Assembly (NCBI GenBank): GCA_038895375.1
Contig: JAWANM010000004.1
Location: 1-44,394, forward strand
Length of the DNA: 44,394 nt
Reading direction: 5' to 3'
DNA from: Candidatus Pacearchaeota archaeon
GTDB lineage: Archaea > Nanobdellota > Nanobdellia > Pacearchaeales > UBA284
Under the pieces are notes generated by a model. That model saw nothing but the letters and a program-made list of their open reading frames with translations, did not search any database and was not told the DNA's origin. This document shows positions 25,498 to 32,940 of this stretch, one piece after another (within the stretch, counting starts at the first letter, position 1; each line of letters starts with the position of its first letter). Position numbers and translations under genes: made by a program.

Positions 25498-27360
25498 TTA
25501 TTTTTTAAATACTAGTATATCTTCTACATAGATTTTTCCTTTATCGGCTTTTGAAAGACCATGCTGTATGACATTCGCTAATTCGAACCCTTCAGATTTA
25601 CCTAAATCAGCTATTATTGGTGAAGTATCTATTCTTTGTTCCTTCCCATTTATGCTCCAAGTATGGTATTTGCTGACAACCATTAGATATAATTTATTTT
25701 TTTTCAATACCCTATAGCACTCTCTAAAAGATAATTTCATCATTTTTAGATAATTTTCGACGATAAAGGCTTTCATAGATCTTTTAGATTTCTTTAACAT
25801 TTCAATAAGTCTCATGCTGGATGCAGGTAGTTGTATGGTTTCGTAAATTTTCATAAAAGATGGCAAACCTTTATTGTTCCTAAAACAAGAATCATAAAAA
25901 TCTTTTGTGGATCCGTATTTTAAATCATCATCAAAACCTAAAATTATGATTGAGACTTTGTTGTTACCTACGTAATCAAGAGCATCAAAATATGGTGGTG
26001 ACGTTAAAATACCGTCTATGGACGAATCTTTTAAAAAAGACATATCAGTAGAATCTGCTCTGATTATATCTACATTACCTTTAGAGAGATTAATATTAAG
26101 TTTCTCAGCCAGTCTGTAAGTAGCATAAAGTGTCAAATACCTATCCTCTACATATGTCTTAAAAGACGTTAAAAAATCTAACAAACGTTTTTTTTCACTA
26201 TACTCTACTATTTTTTGACTTAAAAGAACCAAAAGAAAATTTTTAATTTTTTCTTCTTTTATTTTTTCTATTTCATTTTTCAAAGAAATTATAGCAGGGA
26301 TATGTGGAGAAATATTTTCATATAGCTGTGTTCCAATTGTGTGTGCTTTTATTTTTTCTTTTATATTTGTTATTTCTTTATCTAGTTCGTTATAATCGAT
26401 TGTTTTTGGCAAATTAAAAATTTTTATTATTTCTTCTCTTAGTTTTTTGATGTTGTAATCTAATCTGCATTTTACGTTAGAAATAAGTTGACCGATTTTT
26501 AAAATCTCGACACCGATGACATTTATTCCCATTGCCGGAGCGTCTGCTATGAATGCTCCTGAGCCTACAAAAGGGTCAAGAATTGTGTCGCCTTCGTTAA
26601 CTCTTAAAAGATTTATTAGAGCTCTAGATATTCTAGGGTCGCCTTTGCCTTTGTATTTATGTAAATAATGCAGGAATGGTTTTCTTAAGTCAGTAGATGT
26701 CCAATCGATAAAATCTCCAATATGGGTTTTGCCTAGCCCAAAATGAGGAGAGCGATAGTGTCCTGTTTGAAGGTGGGATATCATTTCATCTAATCCTTGA
26801 TCAATTCCTTTTTCTTTTTCTTCAAAATATTCTAACCAGTTGCTATTGTTTCTAGGTTTAAACACAACGGTGGGTAATTTTTTCACCTCAGATGCGTATT
26901 CAAAAAGAGTATGAACAGGAATTATTCTGACTGTAATTAATTTTTTTGATTCCATCTCTTTTAAAAATACTTGAATGTAAGGATTTATGAAATTGTTAGT
27001 TGGTACGTATTTAATTCCTAAGGAGTTAAAAAGATGATGCAAATTGTTTCCATCAACTTCGCTAATAGCATAAATTTCTCTAAAAAATGTGGCTTTTTTT
27101 GCTATATTAATTATATCACAAGATTCCACTTTTGCTAAATATCCTTGTACCTCTCCTAAATATAATAACCTTGTGATTAAATGTATTACTTCATCGTCTA
27201 ACTGATTAAATGGCCTACTTTTAAAAATAGATGGGATGGTCTTAATGGGTTCTACTTTCACACCTAATATGCTCTCTATTTCATGCTTCGCAAAATGAGC
27301 TTCGTCAGGATCTCTTAAGTCAAATTTAATTTTTGCTATGATGAATATGTCATATACCAT
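25498..27360 (-). CDS. SAM-dependent DNA methyltransferase (N4-C/N6-A type) with an atypical architecture
   Basis: 620 aa. SAM motif I is ILDPFVGSGAFIADAPAMGINVIGVEI at about aa 255-285. Catalytic motif IV is ILTSPPYFDALDY at about aa 450. The two are separated by a roughly 170-aa Lys/Glu-rich helical insert. A roughly 250-aa N-terminal domain of unknown type precedes them. Confidence 0.75.
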   Translation of the reverse strand: MVYDIFIIAKIKFDLRDPDEAHFAKHEIESILGVKVEPIKTIPSIFKSRPFNQLDDEVIHLITRLLYLGEVQGYLAKVESCDIINIAKKATFFREIYAISEVDGNNLHHLFNSLGIKYVPTNNFINPYIQVFLKEMESKKLITVRIIPVHTLFEYASEVKKLPTVVFKPRNNSNWLEYFEEKEKGIDQGLDEMISHLQTGHYRSPHFGLGKTHIGDFIDWTSTDLRKPFLHYLHKYKGKGDPRISRALINLLRVNEGDTILDPFVGSGAFIADAPAMGINVIGVEILKIGQLISNVKCRLDYNIKKLREEIIKIFNLPKTIDYNELDKEITNIKEKIKAHTIGTQLYENISPHIPAIISLKNEIEKIKEEKIKNFLLVLLSQKIVEYSEKKRLLDFLTSFKTYVEDRYLTLYATYRLAEKLNINLSKGNVDIIRADSTDMSFLKDSSIDGILTSPPYFDALDYVGNNKVSIIILGFDDDLKYGSTKDFYDSCFRNNKGLPSFMKIYETIQLPASSMRLIEMLKKSKRSMKAFIVENYLKMMKLSFRECYRVLKKNKLYLMVVSKYHTWSINGKEQRIDTSPIIADLGKSEGFELANVIQHGLSKADKGKIYVEDILVFKK

Positions 27361-27361
27361 C

Positions 27362-28216
27362 TTAGACGCCTTTATCTATGTTGAAAAGATCGCAAGGTTT
27401 TATTTTAAATTGCAATTTAGTGGGGTCTGGCGTACCGCCTTTTCTTTGCATTGTTATTCTACCAATGTATAGATTGCCTTGAGGTGAAATTTTAACGTCA
27501 CCTTGACCAAAGAAATTCATCACAGTATTTATGTCTTTCAATACCCACGCAGTAGTATCTTTACTCTTGTCATATTTTGTAACTAACATCCAATCAGCTG
27601 AGAATCCGCCTCGACCTTTTAAAATGTCGCTTACTATTAGAATTTTATTTCTTTTAAAAAAATCTACTATTTTATCTCTTAGTATATCATTAAGCTCGTC
27701 TAAAAATACCCTCTTTTTATCTCTAAGATTTTGAATATTTACTTTTAATTTACCTGGATATTTCGCTGGCGGGATTTCTCCTGTAAATAACTTTAGCCCT
27801 ATCGCTATTTCGTCATCAAAGTTCCACATTTCTCTATAAGAATCCACCCATCGTTTATCTACCTGGTTATAGTCTGCATCAGAGTTAGCTTTCTTCAAAG
27901 ACAAATTTTCGATTTTTAACATATCGTTGATCTTAATTAAAATTCGTATTTGAACTTGAATATCTGCTTTTTTAAATTTCATCAAAGCCTCATACTCGTT
28001 TTCGTTAAATCCGAACTCTTTGACTTGCGTCCTTTTAATTCGAGCAGGAATTTGTATGGCTTTAACATTTTGGATATCCTTAATTTTGTATCCCATTATT
28101 GAAAGCCATATCTTTGCCTCTTCATCCATCTTCCATTTATTAAATTTTTCGCATACTGCTCTTTCATTTGCAAATCCTCCCCTGGCGACTCTGGAACCAA
28201 AATCAAAATTATACAT
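27362..28216 (-). CDS. Putative type II restriction endonuclease (weak MspI/HinP1I-like pattern)
   Basis: The track ORF extends to 28309, but Met32 (ATG at 28216) starts 1 nt after the stop of the upstream remnant. Candidate catalytic region KADIQVQI...IENLSLKK. The C-terminal ...GGTPDPTKLQFK recalls the QFK tail of MspI/HinP1I (from memory). Its stop lies 1 nt from the methyltransferase start. Confidence 0.45.
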   Translation of the reverse strand: MYNFDFGSRVARGGFANERAVCEKFNKWKMDEEAKIWLSIMGYKIKDIQNVKAIQIPARIKRTQVKEFGFNENEYEALMKFKKADIQVQIRILIKINDMLKIENLSLKKANSDADYNQVDKRWVDSYREMWNFDDEIAIGLKLFTGEIPPAKYPGKLKVNIQNLRDKKRVFLDELNDILRDKIVDFFKRNKILIVSDILKGRGGFSADWMLVTKYDKSKDTTAWVLKDINTVMNFFGQGDVKISPQGNLYIGRITMQRKGGTPDPTKLQFKIKPCDLFNIDKGV

Positions 28217-28217
28217 T

Positions 28218-28652
28218 TTATTTTTCGCCTTTTTGTTTGTGTTTGCTTTTCTTTTCAAGTAGCGCTCTATATCTCTTCTTAAATCTATTAATAATAATTT
28301 CCACCTCAAAATTCTCCTTCCCGAAAATCTCGTCCATTAAACTTCCATCAGGATTTTTTAATTTCCCGGCTTCTTTCCAAAGCAATAGTTCTTTAAGAAC
28401 TTGTAAATTATTTCCGAAAATAATCATGTTATACCACCCGTCGTCTTTTATCTGACCAAATGTTTTAACTCTCCGAAGAGAAACAGCCATAGTATCTGTT
28501 ATTATATCAATACCTCTTTCTTTTCCAAAATAAACTAATTCGGTCTTTTGTTTTCCTTCAAATAAAAACCATTTGAATTCCTCTGGTAATGGTTTACCTT
28601 CTTTCAATCTTTCAACAATGAATTTTATTTGTTCGTCTGCTCCTTCTTTCAT
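28218..28652 (-). pseudogene. Remnant of a Mod-type (type III/IIG) adenine methyltransferase lacking the catalytic core
   Basis: 144 aa. GWYNMIIFGNNLQVLKELL matches the usual N.LI.GDNL..LK.L segment that precedes DPPY. It runs almost directly into ...GSLMDEIFGKENF, a segment that normally lies well downstream of the core. No DPPY or FxGxG motif is present. Confidence 0.55.
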
Positions 28653-28720
28653 TTTCTCATATCAAAAATAATTAATATTTTGCCTTTTTAATTCTTTATT
28701 CTTTATTTGCTTTTATAAAA

Positions 28721-29533
28721 TTACAGCTCATCCAAAGGATTTTTAACTTTTTTTAGTTCTTCTGTTGTTAGATGAGTATAAAGCTGTGTGGTGCTTAATG
28801 ATTCGTGCCCTAGCAAGGCTTGAATTTTTCTTATATCTGTTCCCGAGTCAAGCAAATGAGTAGCAAAAGAATGTCTCAAGCAGTGTGGTGTTACTTTCTT
28901 GTTGATTCCTGCTTTCTTTGCTGCAAGCTTTATTATTTTTTGTATGTTCCTTGTTGTCAATGGCTTTTCTCTTGACAAAAGATATTGTCTTCCAGGTTCT
29001 TTAACATATGGTTCAAGCTCTTTGATTAATTTCTCTGGCAGTATGAAAATTCTATCTTTTTTACCTTTTCCCTTGCGAATCCAACCTATTCTTTCTTGTA
29101 AGTCGATATCGTTGCACTTCAAGTTTACAAGTTCGCTTACGCGCATTCCTGTCGAGTATAATAACTTAATGATAAGCTTTGATTTTTTTGTTTCTGCACT
29201 TTCGATAAGCTTCTTAACTTCCTCTTTTGTTAAAACTTCCGGCAATTTTTTTTCTTTTTTCGGCAACTTTAGGGTTATGGGTTTTTTTAAAATTTCGGAA
29301 AAAAAGAACTTCAAAGAGGCTGCTGCTAAAGCGATGGTGCTCTGTGACTTTTCAAGCAAAGAAGCAAGAAAATTCTTTGCATCTTGCTCATTAAGCTCTT
29401 CTATTTTTTTGTTCGATGTTGTAAGAAATTTTCTTATGAACCATGAGTAATTGCGAATAGTAAAATTACTAGATCCTCTTAACTTAAGCTCTGCTCTTAG
29501 CTCGTTCAATATAGCTTCAAATTGGTTTTCCAT
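28721..29533 (-). CDS. Tyrosine recombinase/integrase (XerA/XerC/D-like)
   Basis: 270 aa. N-terminal SAM-like core-binding domain, and a catalytic domain with R...(TGMRVSEL), HCLRHSFATHLL, LGHESLSTTQLYTH (R-H-R-H/Y pattern). Confidence 0.9.
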   Translation of the reverse strand: MENQFEAILNELRAELKLRGSSNFTIRNYSWFIRKFLTTSNKKIEELNEQDAKNFLASLLEKSQSTIALAAASLKFFFSEILKKPITLKLPKKEKKLPEVLTKEEVKKLIESAETKKSKLIIKLLYSTGMRVSELVNLKCNDIDLQERIGWIRKGKGKKDRIFILPEKLIKELEPYVKEPGRQYLLSREKPLTTRNIQKIIKLAAKKAGINKKVTPHCLRHSFATHLLDSGTDIRKIQALLGHESLSTTQLYTHLTTEELKKVKNPLDEL

Positions 29534-29652
29534 CTTTAGCTTTTAAAACGAACTTGTTTATAAATTTTTATCGAAATCTTTTCCACGCAAAAAAGAGACC
29601 CTTTTTTTAATTAATTTTTTAAAATTATCTTTAAATAGTTTTAATAGAGCAA

Positions 29653-30294
29653 ATGAAATTTAGAATCGCTACGCCTGAAGAGGAAGCTATTGTTTTGCTA
29701 TCGCTTATAAAGCAAAGGCCATGCCCTGAATTGGTTTTAGCAAGCAAAATCCCTATTTCAAAGAAAGACTACATAAAAATAAAAAAATCTCGAAGAATTA
29801 AAGAAGTGTTGCCTATAATCAAGTCGTTAAAATCTAAAAATAAAAATATTGAGGAGATAAAGTTGAAAATAGAAAAGGAATGGAACCTTAATAAAAAGAT
29901 TCTTGAGAAAAAGTTGAATAAATTCGGCATAAAAATTAATAATAAGATAAAAGTTGTTTTGATGCCTCATATAAGATACGGGCTTTACAATCCCAATAAA
30001 GGAATAATTTATGTTCCTTTTAAATGTAAAATTTCATTAATTCTTCACGAACTTATCCATATTTGGTTTTGGAAAAATATTCAAAGATTTGGTATTGAAA
30101 AAAACAAGGCAAGTTGGCTGGTTTCAGAAGCTTTAGCTTCATTAATATCTCAGGAAATTGGTCCAAAATATAAGACTGATTTTTGTAAAGAAATTGCTCC
30201 TTATCGAAAAAAACTTAAAGCTTTATGGAAAAATAAAAAGCTAGCTATTTTTATAAAAAATGCTTACAAAGAACTTAGAAGTCGTTCTAAATAA
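29653..30294 (+). CDS. Hypothetical protein with an HExxH metallopeptidase-like motif
   Basis: 213 aa. LILHELIHIWFW is the only recognisable motif. Confidence 0.4.
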   Translation: MKFRIATPEEEAIVLLSLIKQRPCPELVLASKIPISKKDYIKIKKSRRIKEVLPIIKSLKSKNKNIEEIKLKIEKEWNLNKKILEKKLNKFGIKINNKIKVVLMPHIRYGLYNPNKGIIYVPFKCKISLILHELIHIWFWKNIQRFGIEKNKASWLVSEALASLISQEIGPKYKTDFCKEIAPYRKKLKALWKNKKLAIFIKNAYKELRSRSK

Positions 30295-30299
30295 CAAAT

Positions 30300-31120
30300 T
30301 TTGCATAAAAATGTGGTTCGCTTAATATACGTTGTGCGAACTTTTTCTTGATTTTATATTATTAAAACGAACTTTTTAATATCTGTCTAAAAGTTTTAAG
30401 CGATGGCAAAAAGTTTTAAGCTAAGGTTTTAGACTAAGTTTGGCTTTTTATTTGCTTTTCTTGCTTTATCTTGCTTTAGCTTTTGGTTTCTTAAATCCTT
30501 TTTGTTTTTTGTTTTTTTTTCGTTTTTTCTTTTGTGTTTGAAACTTTTAGTTTTGAAACTTCTATTTTAATTTTTCAAAAGATTATATTTTTGAGCTTAA
30601 AATGTTGAACACATTTGATCTAAATTAATCACAAATTTTAATCGCTTAAATCTTTTTGCTATTGTTTTATAGCCTCAAGCTTTGCTAGCTTAGTTTTAAT
30701 TGTTATTTAAAAATTTAAAGCGAACTTGGTTTTTTTAATAAACCCTGGTTTTTCAGTTGTTTTTTAGGTTTTGCTGTTTTTGCTATTCTTCTCTTGCTTG
30801 CTTTTTGTTGTTTTTCTTACTTGCTTTTTGCTTTTTTGATTTTGTTGTTTTTGCTTTATGCTAAATAGTTTTTTATAAGCAATTACTAATAGTTTATAAG
30901 CAATGACTTGCTGCAAGCTTAAGTTGATGTGCTTTTATCTGTGTTTTGAATTGCAAGACCTTAAGCGTACAAATCATTAAGCATATGGTTTTGATATAAA
31001 TTTTAAAAAGTTGCTTGAAAATAAAATTTTAATAAACTTTAATCTTGATTTTACTTTAATCTTGATTTGCTTTTGCTATGTTTTTTTAGAAAAATTTAAA
31101 AATCAAAAAAAACATAGTTT
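30300..31120. repeat. ORF-free repeat field: TTAAGC/GCTTAA hexamers, GTTCGCTT(T)AA motifs, several short tandem direct repeats, T/G-skewed TTGCTTT runs
   Basis: No track ORF lies within it; only the tail of the rejected 31096..31320 ORF overlaps its right edge. TTAAGC/GCTTAA start at 30320, 30396, 30416, 30595, 30644, 30917, 30961 and 30977. AAAAGTTTTAAGC occurs twice (30389, 30409). TTTGAAACTT occurs twice (30537, 30552). TTTATAAGCAAT occurs twice (about 30873, 30893). ACTTTAATCTTGATTT occurs twice (31036..31051, 31053..31068). Confidence 0.7.
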
Positions 31121-31123
31121 TGC

Positions 31124-31741
31124 ATGGGTTTTTTATGGTTCGGTAAAAAAAGAGACGAACTAAAAGAGATTCGCGAATCTTTTGAAAATATTAAACAAGA
31201 TATGATGCATATTTCTGGCTGGATTAAACACCTGAACGCAAAAAATAAACACCTAGAGGCAAGTTTTGAAAACCTTTCAGAAGAAATTCTAAAAATTAAG
31301 GAAGATATCGACGATATCAAAAGCAGTCTTTTGATGCTAAAAACAATTGATAAGCGAAGGGTGTTTAAACACCAACAAACAGGTGTTTATAAACAAACAG
31401 GTGTTCAAGGTGTTCAAACACGTGTTCAAACAGGTGTTCAAACACCTTTATTTGATGAAATTTTGAAAAATTTGACTTCATCTGAAAGAGTAATTGTTTG
31501 GATTTTGTTGAATAGTGACCTTAAGCTGAGTTGTGAAGATCTTGCAGCCTTGCTAGGGAAGCAAAAAAACACAATTCGCGGACAGATAAACAGCATAAAG
31601 CAGAAAAGTGAGAGTTTGCTTGAGGAGGTTCTTGAAAAAAATGGTAAAAAAAGGTATTATATAAATGAAAAAGTGAGAGAAATTTTAATGAGAAGTTTAA
31701 AGAAAAAAGCTAAGCAAAAAAGAAAAAGTGAGAGTTCGTAA
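31124..31741 (+). CDS. Coiled-coil / Q-T-G-V repeat linker / C-terminal winged-helix protein
   Basis: 205 aa. N-terminal heptad-like region; the linker QTGVYKQTGVQGVQTRVQTGVQT is encoded by about 12-nt tandem DNA repeats (about 31380..31445). C-terminal wHTH-like region: LTSSERVIVWILLNSDLKLSCEDLAALLGKQKNTIRGQINSIK. Confidence 0.55.
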   Translation: MGFLWFGKKRDELKEIRESFENIKQDMMHISGWIKHLNAKNKHLEASFENLSEEILKIKEDIDDIKSSLLMLKTIDKRRVFKHQQTGVYKQTGVQGVQTRVQTGVQTPLFDEILKNLTSSERVIVWILLNSDLKLSCEDLAALLGKQKNTIRGQINSIKQKSESLLEEVLEKNGKKRYYINEKVREILMRSLKKKAKQKRKSESS

Positions 31742-31913
31742 ATTTGAAAAGTTCGCTTTAATTAAATAAGAAAACTTAAAAAACTAAAAAAGAGAGTTAA
31801 AGGTTCGAATACTGTATATTGTACTAAAATTTAAGATCAACACAAAATGTTGTAGTTTTTTCGATTTTTTCAATTGTTTTTTAGCTAGGATAAAAATATT
31901 CGGTTAAACGATT

Positions 31914-32576
31914 TCAATATTCATCAGCCCTTATCTTAGCAAGAACATCTAAAGGCATTAGCTCTCGAAACTCACGAGGAACTTCTAAAAGTATTTGTTT
32001 ATTGTTCAGCTTTTCTCTTATAATTGGAACTCCTTTTTTGATAAGTCTTAAAACATAATCGCGTACAGAACTTTCGCTTAAATTTGTTTTTAGCGCGATG
32101 TCTTTATAAGTTACTTTTCTTTTTTCGCTTAAAATGTAAAGTGCTGAAAAAATAAAAAATTCCTGTTTTGTTAGATCTTGAAACTTTCTTTGAAAAAACT
32201 TAAGATTGTTGATAATCGCTTCTTTTGATTGTGAGCTAGAAACATAAAAAGTTCGCTTTAATTCGTCTGTTGGTTGTCTGTTGAGTGTCTGTCTGTTTGT
32301 CTGTTGGTCTGTTGGAACCCCTTCATTTCCTGTGGAACTTTGGAAATTAAGGCTTAATTCTTCGTTTTTTGCCATTTTTGCAAAACCGGATGTGTCGATG
32401 TGTTGGATTTTCTGTTGGAATGTGTTGGATTCTTGAATTTGCTTTATTTGAGCCAAAAAAGAGTAAATCTGATCAACTTGAGCTTTCAAAAGATTAATTT
32501 CTTGCTTCAATTCAAAAATGTCTTGCTTTACTCTATCAAAAGCCTCTTTTAGTTTGTCTGTCATTTTAAAAATCAC
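31914..32576 (-). CDS. Paralogue of 31124..31741: coiled-coil / Q-T-N-R-rich linker / C-terminal winged-helix protein
   Basis: 220 aa with the same three-part layout. The wHTH-like region reads LTKQEFFIFSALYILSEKRKVTYKDIALKTNLSESSVRDYVLRLIKKG. It is convergent with its paralogue. Confidence 0.55.
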   Translation of the reverse strand: MIFKMTDKLKEAFDRVKQDIFELKQEINLLKAQVDQIYSFLAQIKQIQESNTFQQKIQHIDTSGFAKMAKNEELSLNFQSSTGNEGVPTDQQTNRQTLNRQPTDELKRTFYVSSSQSKEAIINNLKFFQRKFQDLTKQEFFIFSALYILSEKRKVTYKDIALKTNLSESSVRDYVLRLIKKGVPIIREKLNNKQILLEVPREFRELMPLDVLAKIRADEY

Positions 32577-32854
32577 AAAAGCGGTTTTGCTAAAGACTTA
32601 TATGCTTCATAAGCTTTATTAGAAAGGCGCCATCTCAAGCGTCTAGTGTATTCTTTACCTTGATTGTTTTTCTTAACGCTCACTACAAGATCTTTGGCCT
32701 CAAGATCCAGCAAGAGTTTCTTAATGTATTCTTCGTCACGGGCAAGCTCTTTTGCAATTTGAACTGTAAATAGCATCTTTGGAGAATTTTGAAAAAGTAA
32801 ATGCAATATTGCTTCTTGAATTTTCTTTTCTTTTTCTTTATTGATTCGTGGCAT
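32573..32854 (-). CDS. Small winged-helix DNA-binding protein (93 aa)
   Basis: ILHLLFQNSPKMLFTVQIAKELARDEEYIKKLLLDLEAKDLVVSV... has a typical wHTH layout. Its stop overlaps the start of the downstream paralogue gene by 4 nt. Confidence 0.55.
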   Translation of the reverse strand: MPRINKEKEKKIQEAILHLLFQNSPKMLFTVQIAKELARDEEYIKKLLLDLEAKDLVVSVKKNNQGKEYTRRLRWRLSNKAYEAYKSLAKPLL

Positions 32855-32940
32855 TTCTGGAAAAAAAGATTAAAATTTATAAGTTTTATTGTTCAATAAA
32901 AGACGTTTTACTTGAAAAATAAAGTAAAAAGATATCAAAA

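Noticed and set aside
28899-29450. 183-aa plus-strand ORF
   Set aside because: It is antisense to the tyrosine recombinase gene, which has the full R-H-R-Y catalytic pattern. It has F/S/L-rich shadow composition.
30300-31120. The repeat field as a CRISPR array
   Set aside because: The repeats are 10-16 nt in two copies each, with irregular spacing and several unrelated units. There is no 25-40 nt repeat/spacer periodicity, no leader and no cas operon.
31096-31320. 74-aa minus-strand ORF at the edge of the repeat field
   Set aside because: It overlaps the 5' part of the better-supported 31124..31741 gene on the opposite strand and has no motifs.
31802-31810. GGTTCGAAT (T-loop-like) in the intergenic region between the convergent paralogues, as a tRNA fragment or att remnant
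   Set aside because: The flanks cannot form a T stem, and no other tRNA-like parts are present. It is more simply a variant of the local GTTCG-containing motif.
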